Assembly: GCA_934467415.1 (NCBI GenBank)
Contig: CAKSLQ010000008.1
Location: forward strand, 17,889-81,888
Origin: an uncultured Eubacteriales bacterium
GTDB taxonomy: Bacteria > Bacillota > Clostridia > Oscillospirales > CAG-272
Reading direction: 5' to 3'
DNA length: 64,000 nt
Shown piece after piece: positions 18,190 through 25,659 of this stretch. The position numbers and the translations under genes were made by a program. The stretch's first letter is position 1. Each line of letters opens with the position of its first letter. Under the pieces are notes generated by a model. The model saw only the letters and a list, made by a program, of their open reading frames with translations. It had not been told where the DNA came from and made no database searches.

Positions 18190-20081
18190 AGCGCACCGAT
18201 ATCACCGCATTTTCCGGCCTTTCCCCGCACCGCTTTGCAAACGGGATGCTCGCGGAGGCCGACCATGTGCGTCTGCGGGGCGACAGCGCGATCGAATCGC
18301 TCGACGCCGCCGTCGATCTGTACGACGCGGGTGCGGGCGCGCTGCTCCCGCCCGGCGTCTACACCACGAGCGACTGCTACGACCCCGACTATGAGACCTA
18401 TGTCACAAAAAGCTGGGTCTTCGCGCACATCGCACCGGAGAGCACGCTCGGCACGGCGGATTTCAAGGGCGACCTCCGCTTTCTCGTCGCGCCCGCCGAA
18501 GAATACGGCAAGAACGCGGACGGCTACCGGCACATCGTCGCCGCCTTCTGCCACGGCGACGAGCTCTGCATCCTGTACGACACCTCGATGAACCTCATCG
18601 AGGAGCGCACCGACCTGACGGTGGACGGCTACAACAACGGGACGGCCGCCCAGTTTGTCTCGCTCGACACCGAATCGGCGGGGACGGGCGTGTGGGTGCG
18701 GACGCTGACCCAGCTGCTGCTCGACCGCTATCTGCCCTCCGGCACGGTGAAGACCGAGCTGATCCGCAGCTCGCTGCAAACCCAGACCACGCTGACGGGC
18801 AAATACGAGACGCACCGCACGCTCGTTTCGCTCAAGGGCAGCGGCGTTTACCACTATGTCACGGAAGACTACGCGCCCTCGCTCGGCGGCAGCTACCGGA
18901 TCTACTTCGACAGACTCTACACCGATCACTACGCCACGCTGGCCGACGACTATCCGCTCCATACCTACGGCTACCCGGAGCGGCTGCGCAAGGTGAGCTT
19001 CTGCCTGTGGGCGGACAACACGACCGCCGTAGACATCTCCCGCCGCTTTCTGCTGCTGCCCGAGATGCTGGAGCTGCGGAGCGGCGACCCCGCCTATACG
19101 GTGGATGTGCCGGAGAGCATCTCCCCCGTGCTGAACGCAGGCGTACAGCTGTTCGGCCGCCTGTACGGCATCAACGAAAGCGAGATCCACGCCTCGAAAA
19201 ACGGCACGATCCTCACCTTTACCACGCCGACCGCGGCAGTCACCGACGACCCGAATGCGGCGTGGTGCGACACGATCAAGGGCGCGGACGAAGCCTTCAC
19301 GGCGATCACCGCCTTTGACGGCAAGGTCATCGCCTTCACGGCGCGCTCGATGCTGACCGTACACGGGCAGGCGCTTCCCTTTGAGCTCTCCTACGTCGGC
19401 GCATACGGCTGCCTTCGTGCGGAGGCGCTCGCCGCGCACGAAAAATACCTGTATTTCGTATCCGGGGACGGTGTGATGCGCTACGACGGCACACGGGTGA
19501 CGTCGCTTGACGCGCCGCTCGCGCCCGGCGGCTATGCGGGCGCGGAGCTGATGTGCACGGGCGACCTGCTGCTGCTCTACGTTCCCGGCGCGGGCGGCGT
19601 CTGGCTCTACGACATCGCAGGCGGCGGCTGGAGCTTCCGCCGCGCGGCGGGCGACCTGATCTTTCCCGGCGATAACCGGGAGAGCGCGCATTTTTGCGAC
19701 GTGCTGCTGCAAAACACCGGAAACGGCTTCCGCCCCCTGCATCTGTCCGGCGCGGACGGCAGCTTTTCGCTGTCGGTCGCCGTCGCCTTTGCGGGCAGGC
19801 GGCGGCTGCACGGTGTCGCCGTGACCGCCGCCCTGTCGGCGGGCGCCGTGCTGTCGGTCTGCGGTGCGGACGGCCGCGTGCTGCACAGCTTTACCGCGAC
19901 GGATGGCCGCGTGCGCACCTATTTTGCCGCGCTGCGCGGCGTCCGGCTCGACAGCGGGACGGTCCGCCTGTCGGGCAGCGGACACGTCCGCATCTTCGGC
20001 CTCTCGCTGATGTCGGAGGAAATACCCGCGCTGCGGCGGCGCATCGTCCCGCAGACAAAAAAAGGAGGAACACAGACATGA
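18186..20081 (+). CDS. Large phage structural protein, candidate short-tail/nozzle or baseplate-like protein (631 aa)
   Basis: ATGA overlap and GGGAGG RBS. Repetitive beta-strand-looking segments; no identifiable catalytic motif. Confidence 0.45.
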   Translation: MKRTDITAFSGLSPHRFANGMLAEADHVRLRGDSAIESLDAAVDLYDAGAGALLPPGVYTTSDCYDPDYETYVTKSWVFAHIAPESTLGTADFKGDLRFLVAPAEEYGKNADGYRHIVAAFCHGDELCILYDTSMNLIEERTDLTVDGYNNGTAAQFVSLDTESAGTGVWVRTLTQLLLDRYLPSGTVKTELIRSSLQTQTTLTGKYETHRTLVSLKGSGVYHYVTEDYAPSLGGSYRIYFDRLYTDHYATLADDYPLHTYGYPERLRKVSFCLWADNTTAVDISRRFLLLPEMLELRSGDPAYTVDVPESISPVLNAGVQLFGRLYGINESEIHASKNGTILTFTTPTAAVTDDPNAAWCDTIKGADEAFTAITAFDGKVIAFTARSMLTVHGQALPFELSYVGAYGCLRAEALAAHEKYLYFVSGDGVMRYDGTRVTSLDAPLAPGGYAGAELMCTGDLLLLYVPGAGGVWLYDIAGGGWSFRRAAGDLIFPGDNRESAHFCDVLLQNTGNGFRPLHLSGADGSFSLSVAVAFAGRRRLHGVAVTAALSAGAVLSVCGADGRVLHSFTATDGRVRTYFAALRGVRLDSGTVRLSGSGHVRIFGLSLMSEEIPALRRRIVPQTKKGGTQT

Positions 20082-20818
20082 CGATCACAGCCGAAGTCAA
20101 GGGCTGCACCATTGCCCTGCGCCAGCCGCCGCTTGCAAGCGGCACGGTCGGCGCGGCGACGGTGGCCTTTCACTTTGACGCAGACTGGGACGGCACCGTG
20201 CGCACGGCGGTCTTCCGCACGCACGGCAAAAACGTGCTGGTGCTGCTTGAAAATGACCGATGCGCCCTGCCGCCCGAGGCGGCGGCGGGCGGCGACGTGC
20301 TGCTCGGCGCGTTCGGCGTATGCGGCGAAAAGACGCTGACCACGCCGTTCTGCCGCCTCGCCGTTGCCAAAGGCGTGCCGACGGCCGGCGATACCGCAGA
20401 CGGCGTGACGCCGTCGCTCGGCGCGCAGCTGCTGGCCGCCTACGGGCGGCTGACCGCCGCCACGGCGGAGGCCGCCGCAGGCAATGCCGCCGCCGTGCGC
20501 GTCACCGAGGACGGGGGCGGCCTGCACTTTGCCTTCACCCTGCCGAAGGGTGAAAAAGGCGACACAGGTGCAAAGGGCGACAAGGGAGACCCCGGTGAAA
20601 AAGGCGCAGCAGGCGAAAAAGGCGACAAGGGAGACCCCGGCGCACCCGGCAAGGATGGCACGGACGGCAAGGACGGCACACCCGGTACACCCGGCGCAGA
20701 CGGCGCGCCCGGTGCGGACGGTCATACACCCGTGCGCGGCACGGACTACTGGACGGCGGCCGACATCGCCGAGATCAAGAGCTATGTCGATACTGCCATC
20801 CTCGGGGGTGCATGGTGA
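20078..20818 (+). CDS. Collagen-repeat tail fibre protein
   Basis: AGGAGG RBS, ATGA overlap. 19 uninterrupted G-X-Y triplets (GEKGDTGAKGDKGDPGEKG...GADGAPGADG) encoded at 20549-20722. Confidence 0.75.
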   Translation: MTITAEVKGCTIALRQPPLASGTVGAATVAFHFDADWDGTVRTAVFRTHGKNVLVLLENDRCALPPEAAAGGDVLLGAFGVCGEKTLTTPFCRLAVAKGVPTAGDTADGVTPSLGAQLLAAYGRLTAATAEAAAGNAAAVRVTEDGGGLHFAFTLPKGEKGDTGAKGDKGDPGEKGAAGEKGDKGDPGAPGKDGTDGKDGTPGTPGADGAPGADGHTPVRGTDYWTAADIAEIKSYVDTAILGGAW

Positions 20819-21471
20819 TGAGCATCAACGCAAAAATGACCGCCATCGCCGACGCGATCCGCGCGGTGACCGGCGGCACAGCCCCGCTCTCTCTCGACGC
20901 CATGGCGGCGGCGATCCCCGCCGTCCGCGCCGCGGGCGAAGCGGCTGCGGCCGCCGCCTGCGCGGGGAAGCACTTCGTCGGCGTTGTCCGCGGCGGCGGC
21001 GCGAAGTCGCTGTCGGTGCAGATGCCGTTTGACCCGGACGCGCTCGCCGTGATGGCGGCGGACATGCGCACCGTCGGCGGGCAGGTCGTTTTCTTCAACT
21101 TTCTGCCGCGTTCGGTCAGCCATTATATCGGCCTGTATTGCTACACGGGCGCGGGCAGCACGTCGATATCCTCTTTCGGCAGTCTGACGCGCGCGAAGCT
21201 GGATCAGGCCGTCTATGCGGATGGGGTGTTCACGCTCTCGCTCGCGGACTCCGTCGCCGCCGCATTCGACGCGGACACCGACTATATCGTCCTCGCCTCG
21301 AAGACCGAGACGCGAACCGACAAGGAAATTCTGACCGATTTTGTCGCAGGGCTGGCCGACACGGGCGGCAGCGTCACGGTCTCGCAGGCGGCGGTGAACG
21401 CCGCCGTCACCGATGCGGAATGGGCAACGCTGATCGCGACGAAGCCGAACCGCACATTTGTATTGAAATAG
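20812..21471 (+). CDS. Fibre-associated/distal tail protein (219 aa)
   Basis: Overlaps the fibre gene by 7 nt. N-terminal INAKMTAIADAIR...LSLDAMAAAI resembles segments seen in phage fibre proteins. Confidence 0.45.
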   Translation: MVMSINAKMTAIADAIRAVTGGTAPLSLDAMAAAIPAVRAAGEAAAAAACAGKHFVGVVRGGGAKSLSVQMPFDPDALAVMAADMRTVGGQVVFFNFLPRSVSHYIGLYCYTGAGSTSISSFGSLTRAKLDQAVYADGVFTLSLADSVAAAFDADTDYIVLASKTETRTDKEILTDFVAGLADTGGSVTVSQAAVNAAVTDAEWATLIATKPNRTFVLK

Positions 21472-21482
21472 GAGGAACAGAC

Positions 21483-21656
21483 ATGACAACAAGACAGGTT
21501 CTGTGCGCCGACGACGGCATGCTGCTGACGGACGGCGAGACGTTCTGCCGCGCGGTCTACCTCGCGGTCGGCGCGGATGCGGGCGCGTGGACGGAGATCC
21601 CCGCGGCCGAAGCCCCGGACGAGGACGTGCCGCTGCCCGGAGGTGAGGACGCATGA
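21483..21656 (+). CDS. Small phage protein (57 aa), unknown
   Basis: Strong AGGAGG RBS 7 nt upstream of the ATG. In frame within track ORF 21138..21656. Confidence 0.4.
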   Translation: MTTRQVLCADDGMLLTDGETFCRAVYLAVGADAGAWTEIPAAEAPDEDVPLPGGEDA

Positions 21657-21898
21657 CGTGGGAGACCATTGCGGCGCTCCTCACCCTGCTCGGCGGCTTT
21701 GTTTCGGTCGGCACGCTCGTCTGGAAGCTCGCGGCCGCCGTCAACAAGCTGGAGTGCGCGGTGAGTTCGCTGCACGAGTGGGTGGAAAAGCAGTCCGACA
21801 AAAACCGCAATTTTTATGAAAAGCTGGAGAACCACGAAAAGCGGCTCTACCGGCTGGAAAGCAGAGGTGAACACCATGATCGTCCCCTTTACAACTGA
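21653..21898 (+). CDS. Membrane-anchored coiled-coil protein of the lysis cassette
   Basis: ATGA overlap. N-terminal TM (IAALLTLLGGFVSVGTLVW) followed by a heptad-like helix. Confidence 0.5.
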   Translation: MTWETIAALLTLLGGFVSVGTLVWKLAAAVNKLECAVSSLHEWVEKQSDKNRNFYEKLENHEKRLYRLESRGEHHDRPLYN

Positions 21899-22451
21899 CC
21901 GTGTGCGGCTGACGAGCGGCTACGGCAGCCGCACCGTCAACGGCAAAATGGATTTTCACGCGGGCTACGACCTTGTGGGCATCGGCTCGCACAACGTGAC
22001 CGCCGCCGTCTCCGGCAAGGTGGCGGTGTCGCGCATCATCACGGACAAGTCGAACCGCACCTGGGAGTGGGGCAACTACGTCTGCATCCGCGGCGACGAT
22101 GGGCGGTATTATTACTACTGCCACCTCGCCTCCCGTGCGGTCGCCAAGGGCGAGGCCGTCCGCGCGGGGGATGTGCTCGGCGTGATGGGCAGCACCGGCT
22201 ACGCCTTCGGCGCGCACCTGCACTTCGAGGTGCGGGAGGCGGACGGCAGGACGACGGTAAACCCGGAGGCGGTGCTCGGCATCCCGAACCATGAGGGCGT
22301 TTACACCGCCGAAACATCCACGCTGGACGCCGACCTTGCAAAACTGGTAGCGGCGAAGATCATCACCTCGCCGGACTACTGGAAGAAGACTGCGCCGACC
22401 GTGCGCTATCTGCCGGAGCTGCTGCACAACATGGCGGAGGCGGTGCGATGA
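21876..22451 (+). CDS. M23-family metallopeptidase (candidate endolysin)
   Basis: ATG at 21876 follows agaggtg. HxxxD (HAGYD) and HxH (HLHFEV) zinc motifs. ~70-aa C-terminal extension. Confidence 0.8.
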   Translation: MIVPFTTDRVRLTSGYGSRTVNGKMDFHAGYDLVGIGSHNVTAAVSGKVAVSRIITDKSNRTWEWGNYVCIRGDDGRYYYYCHLASRAVAKGEAVRAGDVLGVMGSTGYAFGAHLHFEVREADGRTTVNPEAVLGIPNHEGVYTAETSTLDADLAKLVAAKIITSPDYWKKTAPTVRYLPELLHNMAEAVR

Positions 22452-22747
22452 AGATTGTCTTTGAGCGGACGGGCAGAGGCAAAAAGCGGCGCACGCTTGC
22501 CGAATTCTCCAAGCGGGTGGTGGCGGCGCTGATTGCCGTATGGTTTGCTGGTGCGCTGCTCGGCGCGGCGGTCGTCGCGGTGCAGACCCTGCGCGGCGAC
22601 ATGACCGTCAACCTCTCCGACCTGCTCTTGTACATCGGCGCGCCGATGACCGGCGGCATCGTCACCTATCTCCTCAAGAGCGCATACGAGAATAAGGAGA
22701 AAATCAAAAGCGGCGCGGCGGGCGGTGAACCGTTCGACGCGCCGTGA
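22448..22747 (+). CDS. Two-TM holin-like protein
   Basis: ATGA overlap with the peptidase gene. Two hydrophobic helices, charged C-terminus. Confidence 0.5.
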   Translation: MKIVFERTGRGKKRRTLAEFSKRVVAALIAVWFAGALLGAAVVAVQTLRGDMTVNLSDLLLYIGAPMTGGIVTYLLKSAYENKEKIKSGAAGGEPFDAP

Positions 22748-22761
22748 GGGGAGGTGAATCC

Positions 22762-22974
22762 ATGGAAAGCGCACTGAAGAAGGTCTCCAGCCGCAAGTTT
22801 CTCGTCGCGGTGAGCGGCGTGGTCAGCGGCATCGTGCTGATTGCGGGCGGCAATACCACCGAAGGCGTGACGGCGATCGTCACCTCGGTTGTCGCCTATC
22901 TCGCGGCCGAGGGGCTGGTAGACATGGCGGCGGTGAAGAAGCAGAGCGAAATCACGGGCAAATCCGAGGACTGA
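22762..22974 (+). CDS. Holin-like two-TM protein
   Basis: ATG at 22762 follows GGGGAGGTG. 70 aa, two TM helices, charged tail. Confidence 0.55.
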   Translation: MESALKKVSSRKFLVAVSGVVSGIVLIAGGNTTEGVTAIVTSVVAYLAAEGLVDMAAVKKQSEITGKSED

Positions 22975-22989
22975 TTTTGCATTTTCCTG

Positions 22990-23017
22990 TTTCAAACGCG
23001 CAAACATATGCTATAAT
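22990..23017 (+). promoter_or_regulatory. Extended -10 promoter directed toward the aminopeptidase gene
   Basis: TTTCAA-16 nt-TGcTATAAT. The -10 abuts and overlaps hairpin copy 1. Confidence 0.55.
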
Positions 23018-23047
23018 AGTCTCGCGGCAGTCGCCGCGAGACTATTA
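23016..23047. repeat. 32-nt hairpin, copy 1
   Basis: atagtctcgcggcagtcgccgcgagactatta. Identical to 23209-23240; 12-13-bp stem. Confidence 0.85.
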
Positions 23048-23208
23048 AAATCAGTCGAAAAACGCTGTTTTTCGACTGGTGCAAGGGCGTTTGCTCGCGC
23101 CGTCCTCACCGGACGCGCCCTTTAAGGAGTAAAAAAGCCGGCGGAGCCGCCTTTTTTACAAACTTAATTTGCATTTGGCCATGCACAACGCTTGTTCGCC
23201 AAGCCCAG

Positions 23209-23246
23209 ATAGTCTCGCGGCAGTCGCCGCGAGACTATTATTTTTA
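23209..23246 (+). terminator. 32-nt hairpin copy 2 plus U-tract: candidate attenuator/terminator 12 nt upstream of the aminopeptidase start
   Basis: Same 32-mer followed by ttttta. RBS ggagga and the ATG follow. Confidence 0.55.
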
Positions 23247-23257
23247 CGGAGGACCAC

Positions 23258-24484
23258 ATGAAGGTCACGACTTTGAAGAAATATGCAGAGCTGATCGCGC
23301 GCCGCGGCGTCAACCTCAAAAAGGGCGACGAGGTCGTCGTCACCGCCGAGCTGGATCAGCCGAAATTCGTGGAATATGTTGTCGAGGCCTGCTACAAGGC
23401 AGGCGCCAAGAAGGTCACGGTGGATTTTGTGCACCAGCCGCTGCAAAAGCTGCACGTCAAGTACCGCAGTCTGAAAACGCTCGGCAAGGTTGAAGACTGG
23501 GAGGTCGCCCGCCTCGAGCACTACATCGGGACGCTGCCCGCCCGCATCTACCTCATCAGCGAAGACCCGGACGGCCTGCGCGGCATGGACCGTGAGAAGA
23601 ACGCCAAGGGCGCACAGGCGCGCAGCAAGATCATCAAGCCCCTGCGCGACAAGATGGACAACCGCTACAAGTGGTGCATCGCGGCCGTCCCCGGCAAGGC
23701 CTGGGCGCAGAAGATGTTCCCCGGCATCCGCGCGTCCGCCGCAATCGAGAAGCTGTGGGAAGCCATTCTCTACACCTCCCGCGCCGACGGCAACGATCCG
23801 ATCGCCGCGTGGGACGCGCACAACGCTGACATCGCCGCGCGCTGCGCATACCTCAATTCGCTCGGCATCGACACGCTGCATTACACCGCGTCGAACGGCA
23901 CGGACTTCACGGTCGGGCTCATTGACCGCTCCGAATTCTGCGGCGGCGCGGAGGCCATCATCGGCGGCGAGATCTTCAACGCCAACATTCCCTCCGAGGA
24001 GGTCTACACCAGCCCGATGCGCGGCCGCGCCGAAGGCATCGTCTACTCGACCAAGCCCCTCTCCTACAACGGCCAGCTGATCGAGAACTTCTCCATCCGC
24101 TTCCGCGAGGGCAAGGTGACCGAGGTGCACGCCGAGAAGAACGAGGAGATGCTGAAGACCATCATCTCGATGGACGAGGGCGCCTCTTATCTCGGCGAAG
24201 TCGCGCTCGTGCCCTATTCGTCCCCCATCAATCAGCTGGGCTATCTGTTCTACAACACGCTGTTTGACGAAAACGCGGTCTGCCATCTGGCGCTCGGCGA
24301 GGGGTATACCAACACGCTGCGCGGCTTTGCGGACATGACGCGCGAGGAATGCACCGCCGCCGGCATCAACGACTCGATGATCCACGAGGACTTTATGATC
24401 GGCGCGCCCGATCTCTCGATCGTCGCCACGCTTCGCGACGGGACGAAGAAGGACATCTTCAAGAACGGCACCTGGGCATTTTGA
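23258..24484 (+). CDS. M29-family aminopeptidase (AmpS/PepS-like)
   Basis: 408 aa. N-terminal KKYAELIARRGVNLKKGDEVVV and overall family character. Confidence 0.85.
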   Translation: MKVTTLKKYAELIARRGVNLKKGDEVVVTAELDQPKFVEYVVEACYKAGAKKVTVDFVHQPLQKLHVKYRSLKTLGKVEDWEVARLEHYIGTLPARIYLISEDPDGLRGMDREKNAKGAQARSKIIKPLRDKMDNRYKWCIAAVPGKAWAQKMFPGIRASAAIEKLWEAILYTSRADGNDPIAAWDAHNADIAARCAYLNSLGIDTLHYTASNGTDFTVGLIDRSEFCGGAEAIIGGEIFNANIPSEEVYTSPMRGRAEGIVYSTKPLSYNGQLIENFSIRFREGKVTEVHAEKNEEMLKTIISMDEGASYLGEVALVPYSSPINQLGYLFYNTLFDENAVCHLALGEGYTNTLRGFADMTREECTAAGINDSMIHEDFMIGAPDLSIVATLRDGTKKDIFKNGTWAF

Positions 24485-24566
24485 CCGATGTATACGGCGC
24501 AGAACGAATGGCGAAAAGGGATTTGAAATCAGTTTTGCTGCCTGCATAGTTTCAGATATAAGTGGA

Positions 24567-24590
24567 AAAGCACCCGTGACGGGTGCTTTT
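24567..24590. terminator. Intrinsic terminator after the aminopeptidase gene
   Basis: aaaagcacccgtgacgggtgctttt. Confidence 0.75.
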
Positions 24591-24721
24591 CTCCATATAC
24601 AGATCGTTTTTCGCCATTCTATCCGCGAAAAAGACGCTCGACATATAACGATATGCCTTGAGCGTCTTTTTCGTGGATTCTGCATCCGTCTACATCGGTC
24701 AAGGCGGCTGCGGCGCTGCGG

Positions 24722-24793
24722 CGGGAGCAAGACGGCGCCCTACGGTATGTACGCTTTTTGCGCCCATCGGTAGGGGTCGGCGCCTCGACGACC
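24722..24793. repeat. Hairpin-repeat modules (locus L2)
   Basis: gcgggagcaagacggcgccctacggt ... cggtaggggtcggcgcctcgacgaccc. The same module pair occurs at 30361-30447. Confidence 0.7.
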
Positions 24794-24802
24794 CATTCAT
24801 CA

Positions 24803-24835
24803 CAAACCAAAAAGCACCCGTGGTGGGTGCTTTTT
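24803..24835. repeat. 33-bp direct repeat A (bidirectional terminator hairpin) flanking the XRE/SLOG cassette
   Basis: caaaccaaaaagcacccgtggtgggtgcttttt. Identical to 25660-25692. Confidence 0.85.
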
Positions 24836-25101
24836 TATTTCAGCTTAATTTCGTTCTCATCGCCGCAAAGCCAATCCATCGTCACGCCAAGCGCCTTTGC
24901 CAGCATACGCAGTTCTGCATCGCAAACGTGGCGTTGATTTTTCTCGATCCGCGACAGGATCAGCGGCGTCATCTCCATGCCCATAAACTGCATTTTGCGC
25001 GCAAGCTCGTCCTGCGTCATCGGCGGCTTTTGCAGCGCACGACCAAGGCGCACACGTTCGCCGCAAATGTTCCCCTGAATCAAAAACAGATTCTTTGCCA
25101 T
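24835..25101 (-). CDS. XRE-family helix-turn-helix transcriptional regulator (88 aa)
   Basis: Start MAKNLF follows GGAGGTG. HTH segment MTQDELARKMQFMGMEMTPLILSRIEKNQ. Confidence 0.8.
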   Translation of the reverse strand: MAKNLFLIQGNICGERVRLGRALQKPPMTQDELARKMQFMGMEMTPLILSRIEKNQRHVCDAELRMLAKALGVTMDWLCGDENEIKLK

Positions 25102-25145
25102 GCTGCACCTCCGAATCATCCAAACAAGATATTTACCATCTACTA

Positions 25146-25173
25146 TTGATTTTATTTGATTTTGTGCTACAAT
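25146..25173 (+). promoter_or_regulatory. Extended -10 promoter for the SLOG gene, in the divergent region shared with the XRE gene
   Basis: TTGATT-16 nt-TGcTACAAT. Confidence 0.5.
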
Positions 25174-25226
25174 GCAGAATAGAGTAGATATAAAATATCC
25201 AGTTTGTATATTTTCGGAGAAAAAAT

Positions 25227-25652
25227 ATGACTTGCACCTTTTTCGGGCATCGCAACTGCCCTTGCGAAATGCAAAAGCCTTTACATGAAATGCTGGTGCA
25301 TTTGATTGAACAGGAAAACGCCGATCTCTTTTATGTCGGCAACCATGGGGATTTTGATGCACTGGTCCGGCATGAGCTGATCCGCCTGCGCGCCCGGTAT
25401 CCGCAAATCCGCATCTTTGTTATCCTTGCCTACATGCCCGGGCACAAAGCCGAATATCGGGATGAAGAAATACCGACGTTATTGCCCGAGGGAATCGAGC
25501 GCGTTCCGAGGCGCTATTCAATCTGTTTTCGCAATCAATGGATGCTGGAGCGTGCCGACTGTGTGATAACCTATGTGCGATACGACTCGAACGGCGCCGG
25601 GAAATGTGCGCAGTTGGCAGAAAAGCGAGGGAAAAAGGTGCTGCGGCTTTGA
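25227..25652 (+). CDS. SLOG-superfamily protein, DUF1273/YpsA-like (141 aa)
   Basis: N-terminal CTFFGHRNCP (the C-F-x-GHR signature of Clostridial/phage DUF1273 proteins). Rossmann-like alternation. GGAGA RBS. Confidence 0.7.
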   Translation: MTCTFFGHRNCPCEMQKPLHEMLVHLIEQENADLFYVGNHGDFDALVRHELIRLRARYPQIRIFVILAYMPGHKAEYRDEEIPTLLPEGIERVPRRYSICFRNQWMLERADCVITYVRYDSNGAGKCAQLAEKRGKKVLRL

Positions 25653-25659
25653 CTTTTTC

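Larger units (their letters stand above)
11369..22974 (+). mobile_element. Phage-derived head/short-tail/lysis gene cluster with no integrase, repressor or replication module (defective prophage or domesticated GTA-/PBSX-like element)
   Basis: 17 co-directional ORFs running from terminase to holins. 9 of 16 junctions overlap. Core genes lie on both flanks. Confidence 0.8.

Noticed and set aside
21653-21898. XhlA-family haemolysin-like lysis protein
   Set aside because: XhlA proteins have the coiled coil at the N-terminus and the TM at the C-terminus. This protein has the reverse topology, so it is described only generically.
11140-23257. att sites or an integrase that would define a complete prophage
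   Set aside because: No recombinase-like ORF is present on either strand. No direct repeat is shared between the left (11140-11368) and right (22975-23257) borders. The only duplicated sequence, the 32-mer, has both copies on the right side.
23181-23261. 26-codon upstream ORF (MHNACSPSPDSLAAVAARLLFLRRTT) ending in ATGA on the aminopeptidase start
   Set aside because: It has no recognisable RBS, and its sequence is dictated by the hairpin repeat. It is mentioned only as a possibility within the leader finding.
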